The notes beneath the pieces are model-generated. The model ran no database searches. It had not been told where the DNA came from and worked only from the letters and a program-made list of their open reading frames with translations. Shown in pieces: positions 1-13,153 of a stretch of 64,000 bases of DNA; position 1 is the stretch's first letter, and each line of letters begins with the position of its first letter. A program made the translations under genes and the position numbers. The stretch spans positions 28,830,001-28,894,000 of the forward strand of contig NC_043005.1 of the NCBI RefSeq assembly GCF_006345805.1, given 5' to 3'. Origin of the DNA: Octopus sinensis (taxonomy: Eukaryota).

Positions 1-324
1 TCTCATTGCTTTGAAATGATGTTGCATTATCTTGTAACTTCAAGATTTTGATGATGTGATTGTTTATTTTTAGAATGACATTGTAGGTAGGTGTGAGAGG
101 CTGGATCTGGCCAGTTTGAACATAAAATAAGTAGAATATTTGGGTCAGATACAGCCCCAGTTTAAATGCTACAAGGGAAGCTGAAGAAACAAAACAGTAC
201 ATTTTATATATATATATATATATATATACATACATATATGTGTGTGTATATATAATCTCACTTGGAAATGGATGCATGGTGTTCAATTAAATAATAATAT
301 AAATAATATATATATATGTATATA

Positions 325-360
<36 letters not shown>

Positions 361-1187
361 CATACATGCATATATGGGTACAGGATGTAACCAACAGTAA
401 ACAGCATGAAGTACAAAGGCAAATGAGTTCAATATGCAAACAACAAGAGAAACAAATGGAAAACAGGACAAGTAACTTAAAGAACGACCCTTCATCAGTC
501 GTAAGCTGTCTAACATTTACCATCCCTTTTCTATGCTGGCATGCATTTGACAGTTTGCAAGAACCTCGAAAGCTGCAGGGCTGCACCAAGCTCCAGTGTC
601 AGCTTTGATATGGTTTCTATAGCTGGATGTCTTTCCTAATGACCACCACTTTGCAGTGTATGTATATATGTATATGCTGCAGTTTGAGGCATCAACTGTT
701 TACTCATGTCTTCAGTAGCCCACCCATCTACCAGCTCCTTTAAATAATCAGTCATTTATTTCATCTTTTGGGAGATTAATCTATATGCAATATAAACATG
801 TACTAATCTTGCTAGTACTTTGGTAATCCATTTGTATATTGAGCATTTCATGACAAGCTGCCAGTCCCACATTGCAAAAAGTCAGTTTACCTTAAACAAG
901 TCAGTCATCTCACCAGTGTCTTAGATGGATGGTCATGAATCCAGAACAGCCTTTAATTATTCTAATATCCCATTAACAATGAATCTCAAATATTTTAACA
1001 GATTTGGCATCACTTACCTGAGTAATACAGGTGTGGCTATCTCACCTGTTGTAAGACTTGCTAATTAAAGATAGTTTTAGACATAATTTTAACAACTTTC
1101 CTAAAATATCTTTACTTTCTTATCTCATCAGGCTAAAACATCAAAACAGTCACATAAATAAGAGATTAGTAGCAGGCATTAAGTTAC

Positions 1188-3525
1188 CTTAACAGTTCCA
1201 TCATCATCTCCAGAAGCCAGAAAATGGTCACCCAACAGAAGTAAGCTGTAAATTGCTGACCTGGAAATGAATAAAAAGTTGCTCTTTTTAGAAACATTAT
1301 ATTAATTAAAAGATCGTCAAAGGAAAGTATTGTGAGTTAGAGATGGAGTACAGGCAAGTCTGGTTGGAGTGTGTTTGTTTTCAATCCTAACCACAAGTGA
1401 TCAACTTGTGTCTTAATTAAAAAGTACTATCATAATTTCTTGAATGTAATTTTTGCAAAGAAATAGAATTACATATCAAATATGAATTTAGCATTAAAAA
1501 AAGACACATTTTGGTTGAATTAACACCATAATTTCCAGCATACAATATAAACATTCAAACATCATCATTATCTTTGCAAATCCTGCTGCTTTTCACATGG
1601 AATCTTCAGTCCTCTAAAGTTACCTTGGTTTATGAATCAACCTACATTTTTTGGCAGTAAATTTTAGTTTGAAAATTCTGACTTGTATGAAGGAAAATAT
1701 GGTAATTATTATATTCTATCCAGCATATTTTAAAAAACCTATTCATGCACTGCATGAGAATACATATACAACAGGATTCCACAGAGTTTCCATCTACCAA
1801 TTGTACTTACAAGGCTTTGGTTAGTCTCTGGTCATAGTAAAAGACACTTGCTGAAGGTGCCACACAATAAGGCCAAACCCAAAAACCATGGTAGGAAAGC
1901 GAGTTCATGCATTGCTCCTGTATTGTTGAGCCCCTTTTAAACAAAGTGAAACAATTAAATTATGAACCCTATAGACCAGTCATGGGAAAAACTGTTATCT
2001 GTGACTTTCTGAATGACATGCCAACGGATAACATTACCTCCAATTTTATTAGTGTAGGTCACCTGATAATGAAGCCCATGCAGCCAAAAAAGGTTGCCCT
2101 TTCCTGCTACAGACAATCACAGGCAACTAATATCAAGAATTTAAAGTGACTGAAAGGCAATGAGCTGGCAGAATCTTTAGCATGCCAGGCAAGAGGCTTT
2201 GTCGCATTTCCTCCATCTTTGCATTCTGAATTCAACTTTGCGTTTTATCTTTTCATGGTCAATAAAATGGGAACTGGTTGAACACTGGGGTTAATGAATT
2301 TGACTAATCCCTTCCCTAGAAGTTGCTGGCCTTATGCCAAAATTTGAAACCAATAATTTGAAATGACTGAAATCTAAATGGTTAGCAATGGTAAAAGTAA
2401 ATAACGTTGCGGATTAAGCTGTTCTAAATTAGCACCAGTTCATAATGAAATTAGCAACATTACATGTGATGACCATAATTACTTACTCGTGGGCCATTTT
2501 GTTGTGCTAAGTGGCAGCACCAGTATTCATATCTACAGCTGCAACTGACTTGTCATTGGAACCGCTGTACAAGATGGTGCCATCAGATGAGAACTGTATG
2601 CATCAACATGACTTCTTGTGGTACCCCAGCAGCAGGAAATCTTGGTTGTCGCCTTCAACTGAATAGGAATGCCTGGAGATAGAACAAAAGACATCTTCTG
2701 AGGTGAGATCAAGAGATGGAGTACATGCAAATAGCGGTTGAGGGATACTGGGATACTATGGCCTACTGATGACCCTTTTGATACCAACCCATCTGAGACT
2801 GCCCTTGCTTTTATGACATAGATTTCCTATTTTAAAGCATTCTAAATTAAAACCTGCCATCAAAATTCCCTGTTAATTTATGATCCAAACACTACTATGG
2901 CCAAGATAAGGTAAATGTGAAGACAAGCAGAGACAAACACACACACACACACACACACATATGCATGCATGACTGGCTTCTATACAGTTCCTATCAACAA
3001 ACTTTCAATTCCAAGACACAAGTCAACTCAAAGACATTTGTTCAAGGTGCAATGCAGTAACCTTCTTAATACTTATGTGTCTGTTATTAAATCAACAGCA
3101 GTAAATGTATATTCATTGTAATGCAGTGAATCAATATGAGGCAGTGGTGAGCTGTCAGAATCGTTAACACAGCGGAAAAAATGCTTAGCAGCATTTCATA
3201 TCTTTCCATTCTGAGTTCAGATTCTGCTGAGCTCAACTTTGCCTTTCAGGGTCAATAAGTAACAGTTGAGCACTGGAGTTAATGTAATCAACTTAACATA
3301 CCACCCACCCCGAAATTGCTGGCCTTGTGCCAAAATTTGAAACCAATATGGTAGATAAATATGACTAATATGTGTATGTGTGAATGTTTGTACAGAGACG
3401 ATATTTGTTATTTACAGAGAGACATCTCCTCCTATGTGAGCTGCTGCAATAACATATTTCACTGGGTTGAAGCAAACATCAACCACAACATCACTCAATG
3501 AGATGGCCTTGGGTTTCAGATCTCC
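1188..3525 (-). pseudogene. WDR55: WD repeat-containing protein 55 (WDR55)-like internal exons; middle exon has two in-frame stops (probable pseudogene)
   Basis: Manual splicing on the minus strand, all AG/GT flanked and phase-compatible: 3525-3416 (GDLKPKAISLSDVVVDVCFNPVKYVIAAAHIGGDVSL), 2672-2487 (HSYSVEGDNQDFLLLGYHKKSC*CIQFSSDGTILYSGSNDKSVAAVDMNTGAAT*HNKMAHE), 1260-1188 (SAIYSLLLLGDHFLASGDDDGTVK). These match the WDR55 N-terminal WD repeats as I recall them. Stops are TGA 2605-2603 and TAG 2509-2507. The first exon was not located; later exons probably lie left of the window. Confidence 0.8.
2155..2355 (+). mobile_element. SINE family A copy (others at ~3143-3348, 10413-10610, 11233-11390, 22030-22250, 28040-28230, 48505-48740 minus, and tandem pair 62762-63185)
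   Basis: Recurrent gagctggcagaa..ttagca..c.ggc.aaatgcttagc.gtattt...ctgagttcaaatt..gccgagg..gactttgcctttcatccttt sequence with a tRNA-like GAGTTCAAAT B box. Confidence 0.8.
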
Positions 3526-6500
3526 CTAAATAAAGAAAATATAAAACAGAATTTATCATTAAAAAATCATTATGCTAACATATTTAAAACAATAACATCA
3601 TTATGTTGATAAATGAAACAAAACGTGTACAACAAAATGGAAACTGGCCAGGCAAACACAGAGACAGCCTGAGTTATGTACCTTGCTAAGTTATACATAA
3701 AAGAGTAACATTGCCAAGTTGGACTAGAAGACGCACTATTAATATATTTTCATCTAATTAAACAATGTAAATGCTTTCACGTATACTTGTGAATGAACAA
3801 TCATGGTTAACATCAATAATTTATCCAGTCAGAAAGAATAATTTCCCCCATTAGCCGTTCATTTGCTTATATCTACCACCAAACATTTATATAAACAGTG
3901 GTTCTAGCAACTGATACAAATGGTATGTTTGTATTAAATTTGGAAATAAAATACAATCCTTAATTCTGATCAAAGTTGTTGACAGATGAGACAACAAATC
4001 TCGCACAGAAAGAACAATTTAAGTAGCAAAGAAGTTTAGAATGACTAAACTACTGGGGTTTTATAAGAACAGTATAACCAAGTTGAAACTAACTCTGCAA
4101 GGCACAATACTAAACACTGTTGTGCTGCAATATTTTATTGGAATTGTCAATTTCTGCAACAAGTGTTTTAAAAATAGTTGGACTGTGAAAAAACACACAA
4201 AATAAAACATTAAAAAGAGTGTGTGTGTGTAACTCATCATGGTGAGAATTATATGCTGAGTTACTAATCTGATTTTAATTTCCATTGAGGATATTTGTTT
4301 GATCCTTTGATTCAAAATTTATGATCTCAAATCTGGTAACAAGTTATAAATACCCATCACACTGAATATGTTAAACAGAAATGGTCCTAATTCAGTTGCA
4401 GAGGCACCACCAAAGCAATATCTTTTTTCAGAGTAAGTCAGCCTAATGAGGTCTGGCTTTTCTCAATAAATACCTATTGGAGATGTTAAATTCTGCATTG
4501 CTACTCAAGCCTTTCACATTACCTGTGTGATTTCCAAAATAATCAAGAATTGGAAGTAATCTAGTAAAATAACTTTTTCAGAATGCAGGAAAATCTTTTT
4601 AAAACCTTTATATTTTGAGTGCAAACACCCATCTTCAGAAGAATGCAGGCAAGGAAATGTATATATACATAGATCCTGTTATTTTTATCAAGTATATAAA
4701 ACATCCTCTAACAAAAAGTTCTAACATAAAATTCTGATAGAAAGTTTAAACAAGATTTTTTATGATAGAACCAGAGGTGATTTCAGATATGTTATTGTTA
4801 TCATCAACAGCAGCAACAACAAAAAAGTTTAATCAAAGACAAGGCTATTTTACTGTGAATCATTTCTACATTGCAGTTCATATACACATCTGAATAAAGT
4901 GAGGCATCTCAGGCTTAGATGTGATGGTCATATGATGCAGTACTAAGATATAACCAGCTGGAACTCTGAGTTTCTTGTCTTGTACCCTTTACACTCAGCC
5001 AGTTACACTTCTTGCTGTTACCTTACAGATGAGTAAACAGTATGTTAAGTAGGTCTCTACTAACTGTGAAGTACTAATTACAACAAAACTTGCTAATTCT
5101 AAAATGTACAAAAGCATGCAACAAATACTTGTATGTGAGGAATCCTATTCACATGTGAACATGTATTTGTGTCTAAAGGCACAAATGTTTGTGTGTGAGT
5201 AAATACATAGTTGAATCTAATTATCCTGAACAGCAGATAATACAATTATCAGGAGATTTTGCAAAAAAGATTAATACCACAATGGCTATTTGCACATCAT
5301 ATCTATAACACATATGTAATCGAATTTTAAATATTCTAATGTTTTAATTAACCAAATAAATTGCATCATTATAGTGTAAAAAGTACTTGTTTAAATACAA
5401 TGTTTCTTGCTGAACATTTTTTCTTTTTCTTTTTGGTCATGGAAAACAGAGAGAAATGATGTCCGTGATAGAATATTAATAGAATATTTGGTCAGTTTAG
5501 AGTGGGCCTACGTATCTGACAAAGTAGTGAAAACCATATTTATTATAGGAGAAGGAATGCGGTTCAAAGTAGATTTTGAAATAACATGAATGAACATTTT
5601 AAAATATTTTTTTAGTTGAAGAGGGTAAAGAAACAATTATCTAAATTTTTTTTTTTTATTTATTAATCCATAACTACTGAGTCCTCTTTTCTCTTCTAAT
5701 TTTGATCCTGTTTAATGGGTAACGGATTTTCCCCTTTTTAAATGTTGAGGGTTTTTTGGGGTTTTTTTTACTTGCTAAGCACTGAGATTTAATATTTCAG
5801 CAGAGAGAAATCCTAAATTCATACGATTTATGATTTTCTCGTCAAGGTGAAAACTAAAACGAAGGAGATTGTTCTGATCAAGAATTGAAATATCAGTTTA
5901 CAAGTTCAACCCACCTATTTTTAGACAAAGTAGTCGGAGCACTGCATCCTTCAAAACTTCCATACTTCCTGAGATTCACCAACACTACACCTGATTTTCT
6001 CCCCTCCATACACATGCAATCTGACTCATATACTGTTCACTTTCCAGACATTTATACATTACTGCATATGCTTTATATGCACTTTTGACAAGTTGTGGTG
6101 CACCTGAGCACTGTATACAATAATTTCATTATTATTATTTTTATGATAGATACAACTTTACCACTGAAGGCAGTGGGAGCCATGTGTAACTAACGAGTAT
6201 TTAGTTAACATGCAATGTTAATTTCAAGCTGATTTCCTATGGTGGGCTGATCAAGACAATACTTCTCCACTTTATTTTCTCAAATATATACAAGAACTTG
6301 TAGGATCACAGACAGTTCGATCTAAAAACAACACCAACGGTATAAAATAAGTGAAAAATGAAGAAATTGTGTGTAAGTTTTGAAATTTTTTCTTTGGTAA
6401 TTCATATTAACATTTTGAAAACATGTTCCTAGTATGTCAGGTTTTCTGTTTAGATACTTTTTGCGTCTGCTATTTTATAATTCTATGCATGCGTGAAACA

Positions 6501-7062
6501 TTAGTAGAGAAAACACTTTAATTTCAAAAGTAGTCTCCTTTAGAGAGACTTAGAAATTTTAATATTTCTACTTTAATTTCACTTTTTGTCATAGGGCGGA
6601 TGGGAAGGGGTGTTTATTTTTTTGAAAAATTGAAATTTTACGAATTTTCTTTTCAGAATCATAATCTCCGTATTTTTCTACATATTTTGCCCAAAAGAAT
6701 TTTTTTTAAAAAGTGAAAATTTAAGAAACTGATGAGGGAGGGGGAGATATAAATTTTTTAATGTTTTTTTTTCTTTTGCAGATTCGGACTCTCTGCTCTC
6801 GATATTGTGTGTTCTTGTAAAAAAAAAAATCCCAAAGCGGGTGCGGTCTATGATCTTTACCTCCGCCCAAATGTCGATATATTGTTAGTCATAATGTCTG
6901 GTTCACATATTGTAAATACGAAAGTAACAACAAATATTTAAAGGAAATTATACATTTGATTTAGTCAGTTAGAATTATCACCCCTGGCCATATTGAAAGC
7001 GAGGCGAAGAAATAAGGCGCGAGATTTAATTCCTTCTAGTTTTTGCAATTCTTTGTTCTAAT

Positions 7063-8133
7063 ATGGCCAAAGTTAAAGCTGCTAAAGGTTATAAACACGC
7101 TGAGGTGTTCCCTATGTCAGAGATCTTGAAGTCTGCAGATAAAAAGAAAGAATATTCCCTTGTAAAACTAATTGGTTTCGGCGGTTTTGGTTTAATTTAC
7201 ACAGCCAGACAAGTTGGTTGTTCGCCGGACGAAGAATATGTTGCTAAAGTCGAACCCATTGGTAACGGTCCACTCTTTAACGAATTCCATGCTTTACAGA
7301 AGATTGCTAGACCAAATCTTATACAAAATTATCTAAAAGGTAAACGTTTGACTCATCTTGCCATACCGGAATTCATAGCAAACGGCGTACATGAATATAA
7401 AGGCGTTCAGTATCGTTTCATAATCATACCTAGATTAGGAATCGATTTGCAAAAGGTTTTAGAATATAATGGATCTCATCTCGACGAATCTACAGTTTAT
7501 TGTGTTGCCAAACAAATGATAGATGCTTTAGAGTGTATCCACCACCATGGCTACGTCCATGCCGACCTGAAAGCCGGTAATATTTTATTTGCTGCAGACA
7601 GTAATAAAATAGATAAGGTGTATCTGATAGACTATGGTCTGGCTTCGAAGATATTTATAGATAAGAAACACAAGGTGTATAAACCAGAGAAGAAGAATGC
7701 TCACAATGGAACGTTGTTGTATACCAGTCTAGATGCGCATGAAGGTGCTAATCCATCCCGAAGAGGAGATTTACAAATTCTGGGATTCTGTATGTATGAA
7801 TGGCTTACAGGGAGTTTACCTTGGAAGAAATACTCGGAAAATAAAGAACAAGTGAAACATGAGAAGGAAGTGCTTTTACAGAATCTTTCGAAAATTCCAT
7901 TTGAAACTTTAAGAACTTACTTCAAAACTATTGAAAAACTAAAATACGATGAACAGCCAAACTATGAAAAGTTACAATGTCTATTCCAGGATGCTTTAAA
8001 AAAACATGGTAAAGGTGGGAAATTGCTGATTCCACCAGGTAAACCGTTGGAAATAATTTCCAACACTAAAACTGCACCGAAACGAGGTATTCCTCGTTCT
8101 AAAGTTATTTCGAAACGCAAAAAACTTGAATAA
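7063..8133 (+). CDS. Intronless vaccinia-related (VRK1-like, CK1 group) Ser/Thr kinase, copy 1, 356 aa
   Basis: IGFGGFG loop, VAKVEP..NGPLFNE, HADLKAGN catalytic loop, VRK-typical DYGLA, HNGTLLYTSLDAHEG..PSRRGDLQILG...WLTGSLPW. Basic NLS-like C-terminus (KRGIPRSKVISKRKKLE). CpG-rich upstream region. Confidence 0.92.
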   Translation: MAKVKAAKGYKHAEVFPMSEILKSADKKKEYSLVKLIGFGGFGLIYTARQVGCSPDEEYVAKVEPIGNGPLFNEFHALQKIARPNLIQNYLKGKRLTHLAIPEFIANGVHEYKGVQYRFIIIPRLGIDLQKVLEYNGSHLDESTVYCVAKQMIDALECIHHHGYVHADLKAGNILFAADSNKIDKVYLIDYGLASKIFIDKKHKVYKPEKKNAHNGTLLYTSLDAHEGANPSRRGDLQILGFCMYEWLTGSLPWKKYSENKEQVKHEKEVLLQNLSKIPFETLRTYFKTIEKLKYDEQPNYEKLQCLFQDALKKHGKGGKLLIPPGKPLEIISNTKTAPKRGIPRSKVISKRKKLE

Positions 8134-9777
8134 AATAGGTAGAATCATTTAATTGCCAGTATCTTAACACTTATCATCACATCTTTGAAGACAGTACTCT
8201 AGCATGGCCTTAGCTATAGTTGCCTTTTTTTTTTCTTTTTTTGCATTATCATTATTTCTACTGTTTAGGTATGTCCCTCTGCCTTCTAAGTTAAAATCCC
8301 GCCAAAGTAAATTGTCTTTCATTATTTCGGAGATCAATAGAATAAATACCTGTCAAGTACTTGATTGGTACAATTGACTGTATCCTTTCTTGAAATAATA
8401 AAAATATTAACTATTTTCGGTTGTTTAGTAGAAACAGTAGGCTCATGAACTAAATATTTTATTACATTTAAATCTTTTACTTTCTTAATTCAAATCCCAG
8501 TTGTTTCATGTTGATTTCATCCCTCCTTTAATTAGTTTGTGACTTCAAGCCTACTGACGATAAAATTTAAAAGCGGCCGTTTATTCTAGTCCCCTCCTTA
8601 ATAGCTTTCAACCTTCAGGACATAACACAGATAGCAATAATATTGTGTAACAGTTTGTCCCCTAAAAATCTAAGTTTATATTTGTGGAAGCAATTGTTAC
8701 CGTTGAAGATTGTGAGGTCAACTTTTCCATTCATCCTTTCGGAATTGAAACGACCAGCCTCTGTCCCCCCAAAATTTAGGCTTTCTTCCTGTAGTAAAGA
8801 AATTTATTATGTTTATTGTTGTCGCAGACACGCTACAAATATTTGCTGAAACTACGCATTTAATGTCGCTTGACACTTTGTATCGAGGAACTCAACGAAC
8901 TTTTTTTTTCCCCCCTTCACAGACATTCGGTGTAATGTTTATCGCCGATGTTTGACTTTATATCCGAACTATTTGGATTTGAAAACCTAATTTGTTGTCT
9001 ATTTCTTAACATCTTTTAAAGATAAATAAATATATTCCATTTCTGTATTGATTTGGATAAATTGCTGCCCATTTTGTTTTATTTAATCGCATTGACGGGA
9101 CAGCAACAGGTCCTTTCTAAGTGTTGTTTTGGCAAACGATTATCAGTGATTTCTTTGTATAAAAGTATATATAAATTGCCTCCTTTGTTTACATTTTAAA
9201 GTTTTTATCTATGTTCAATATCAGTTTTGTTTGAAGAGCGAAGGATCAATACTTTTATTTTCGCTCTTTACTAAACCCCTAACAATTTTGAAGCTTTATA
9301 ATTGAGTAGAAATTTATAACCCGCTTTATTAGAAAATGGCGAAGAAATATTTCAACCGTGAGCATTGCAAACAACATATCGTTTAATATATAAGTACATA
9401 CATTTTATAAATATTAGAAATTGTTGTAAAATAGTATTTTATGATTTGGTTCGATTTACAAATTATGCTTTCAAATTTTCGCATTTGCACAGTTCAATTA
9501 GTATTCAAATTTTAAGAAATTAGTAACTTTCTCCAATTTACCTTGTTATTGTTGTATTTTTAATACTAAAGCTTATTAGTTGTATAATAACGTATGACTA
9601 ATTAGAAAAGTTAACTCGTAGCTGAAAGTATTCGGATTAATGGCATCTAAACAGAAAGAAGAACCCTCGGCGCATCGACGTTTTGCGAAATTGTCGATGT
9701 AACAATATCACATCCCCTCTGCTTCACTTTACCTGTCGGAATCTTTTAAATTCTACTTCGAGGGTAACTCTACAGGA

Positions 9778-11195
9778 ATTTAAATTTTGTTTAAAAAGAT
9801 TCTTGATGCGAAAGCGTGTATTGAGACAAATTTTATATATCGGGAGAATCATTATGGCAACGATAAACAGATGCACTGGTTCTATTTCACGTTTATTAGT
9901 TCACCTTTTAATCCAATTAATCGATTATTTGCTTAATGCTTCAGTCAATCAAAGTTCTTTCGTCTTCATTCGTAACCTCCTCATTGACATACTTTCTGCT
10001 ACATCAGGTGAGGCAGACGGCATGACATTGATGAGTCACGAATCAAAGAATCGTTTAGTTGACAAGTTTATTAATAATAATGAAAAGAAGTGATATATAA
10101 CCAGTGCATGTATTTATTACAAAATGACCCTCCTGGAATTCAAAATTTCGTCTTACTTCCACCAGTTAATTTTCCGGTATCCTTTAGCTCCTGTGCTTAA
10201 TAGATTATTATGGAAGTCTTTCAACTTATGATCTCCAATCGAAAATGGAAAAATTATCAAACAACTGGCATTGATATTTTGGAAAAAAAAACTTTCAGAA
10301 TATTGTAAATCCTGTATTATTAAGTGTGGAATTCCTTCCAAAAAAGAATTTAAGAAAAAAAAAGGTAAAGACAATGAATTGGGTGATAAGAAATTTGGAA
10401 AGCATTTATTATTGGTGAGCTGGCAGAATTGCTAGCATGCTAAGCAACATTTCTTCCAACTCTATATTCTGTGTTCAAACCCCATCAAGGTCAACTTTGC
10501 TTGTTGTCCTTTCAGGGGTTGATAAAATAGAGTACAATTTAAGTACTGGGGTCAGTGTAATCAACTTGTTCCGTCCTCTCAAAATGTACTGCTCTAGTAC
10601 CAAAATTAAAGACTTTAACTGTTGCAAAATAGCAATCTCTGTTGTTGAATACTTAGGGTAGGATCCAAAGAAATTTTCTTTGGTGGTGGGGTGGGTAGAG
10701 AAATGTAGCTATTCAACATACCCTTCTGGGCATTGCTGAAGATCTCAATTTGAGATCATAAGTTGAAAGACTTCCATAATCTATTAAGCACAGGAGCTAA
10801 AGAATACCGGGAAATTAACTGGTAGAGATAAGTCAAAATTTTGTATTTCAGGAAGGTTATTTTGTTAGTAATAAAAACATGCACTGGTTATATATCACTT
10901 CTTTTATTATTATTAATAAATGTGTCGACTACACGATTCTTTGATTTGTGACTCATCAATGTCATGTCTTCCTACTCCAAGTCTGCCTCACCCGAGGTTG
11001 CGAATGAAGATGAAAGAACTTTGATTGACTGAAGCATTAATCAAATAATTGATTAATTGGATTAAAAGGTGAACTAATAAACATGAAATAGAACCAGTGC
11101 ATCTGTTTATTGTTGCCATAATGATTCTCCCAATATATAAAATTTGTCTCAATACACACTTTTGCATCAAGAATCTTGCTAAACAAAAATTAAAT
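9778..11195. repeat. Inverted repeat, arms 9778-10239 and 10748-11195, ~510-bp spacer containing a SINE
   Basis: Direct reverse-complement match, e.g. gattcttgatgc...gtgtattgagacaaattttatatat against its complement at 11130-11180; both arms translate to ...VLRQILYIGRIIMATINRCTGSIS...; a few internal indels. Confidence 0.9.
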
Positions 11196-13153
11196 CATTT
11201 TGTGATTACAAAGCAAAAGAATGCTATTACTTAGGGCGCCAAGCTGGCAGAATCATTAACATGCTGGGCGAAATGCCTAGCAGTATTTTGTCTACTGTTA
11301 CATTCTGAGTTCAAACTCTACCGAGATCAACTTTGCCTTTCATCCTTTTAGGGTCGATTAAATAAGTACCAGTTATGCACTGGGATTGAGGTAGCCTGCA
11401 GAAGAATATCATAAAAGTAGTAGGACCACTTGGCAGGGAGGGCGGCATAGGCAGAGATAATTATTGCTATACTATTCTGCAAGACTAGCCTGAGCTTAAG
11501 TACTCTATCACTCACTCTGACTACCTCTATGACCTTATCCACCCATTTCTCTGCCAGGAATATATCCCATCACTGTTACCTTCCCAGATTTTATAACTAT
11601 GTGTCTTGCCAGTGAGGAACCTGGCTGAAGCTCTTCTCTACCTTGCCCCTTGAATGCAACAAACATCAACACGCCTCCATTCAAACATCCTAACAAATTT
11701 GCTAGACCCACCTTTCAATGTGGGTCTATATGTAATTTAAAGGATTAAAAAATAGTTTTAAAAATTAACAAAACAATTTCTTTAAAGTTTGCATTATCAG
11801 AGAGCAAATTTTTTTTTTTATTTACAGTTAGAAAAATATTTAAAAACATGAAAGTTAATGAACAAATTCAGTGCAAAATGACACCCTAGATTTGAAAGAA
11901 AAAAATCTTAGTGGTTATAATTGTTAATTTCACTTAAATTTTTTTTTTTTTTTTTATTTTTGAAATATATAAATTTGTAATATCAAAATTTTCATGTGTA
12001 AACTTGCAGGCAATTAGTCTTAAGTAAAAATAAAAAATATCTTTTATTTTTGGATTTGGTTTGCATGATTCTTTATGTGAGTTCCTTTAGTTGCGTCCCT
12101 TATGCCAAGTTCAACTTTGCCATTATTTTTCCTGTGACGCCGGTGTTATTACAATCGATTGAACACTTTTCAAAATATTACCCAACCATGATCGTACTGT
12201 GGTCATATGAATGAAATTAGTAAAAGCAAACGGCATGCAGAAAAAGAGTCTATGAGAAGATAATCTTCTGTGGAATTCATGGTGGAATATACATTCAGAT
12301 AATTGTACAGAAATAGATTTTTAAAATAGAATTTAGTAACAAAAAATAACAAATTTGATAACGTCCTCATTGAAAAACTGAAGGGAAATTAAATCAGTGT
12401 TCAAAGGTTTAGTTCATATATCGATATCACATCTTCCTCCGATGAAAGATACTGTCAGAAATATTGGGCTTCTCTTGTTGATAACGTACTCAAACTGATT
12501 TCGAACATTTTTTCTTTTTTTGTTATTTACTGATCGAACTATCACAGACTTCATCGGATTCAACTGTATCGCTTATTTACACCGAATAGAGATGTGTGCG
12601 TGTATGCACGCAAGACATTCCTATAGAATAGAGTCAAAAATTATCTAGAACACCAAGAACTGTATTTTCCTTGAATATGTGTAAATAGCATCGAAAACTA
12701 CGTTTCTGCAAAAAATAAACAAAGAGGAAATTCCGTCCCCGTTTGTCGTAATTCTTCAGTTTCCAATTTCGACCTTTTCAATTTTTGTCTTTTTTTTATA
12801 TTTTTGTTTAAGAATTACACCTTTTTTTCCAAGAATCAAAATCTGAAGTGTTTAAAACGTAAATATAAAATATTTTCAAAAGAAAATCAAAACTGAAATA
12901 TTACATAAGTTTGGGGCAAAAGTTCACCCCTATACTCTTTTAAGAATCGTAATCTACAACACTAAAATCAAACGGAACCGAAGAGATTACAGCTCTCAGC
13001 GCACTAGATTTATTTCCGACGCTATTCTACATGAATGTCCATATAAAAGCGAGCAAAAGCGATAAACAGTTACGAGAGAAAGCAGCAGATATACGTGAAA
13101 AAGCCAAGTTTTTCTTTCTGTTTCATTGCTTCCGCCTATTTTAATACGGAACC

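Noticed and set aside
478-510. CTGATGA on the minus strand as a hammerhead
   Set aside because: No GAAA or convincing stem II/III downstream.
1018-1060. Additional WDR55 exon ending at the GTAAGT donor near 1017
   Set aside because: The only open frame (SLTTGEIATPVLL) is phase-incompatible with the preceding exon and does not resemble WDR55.
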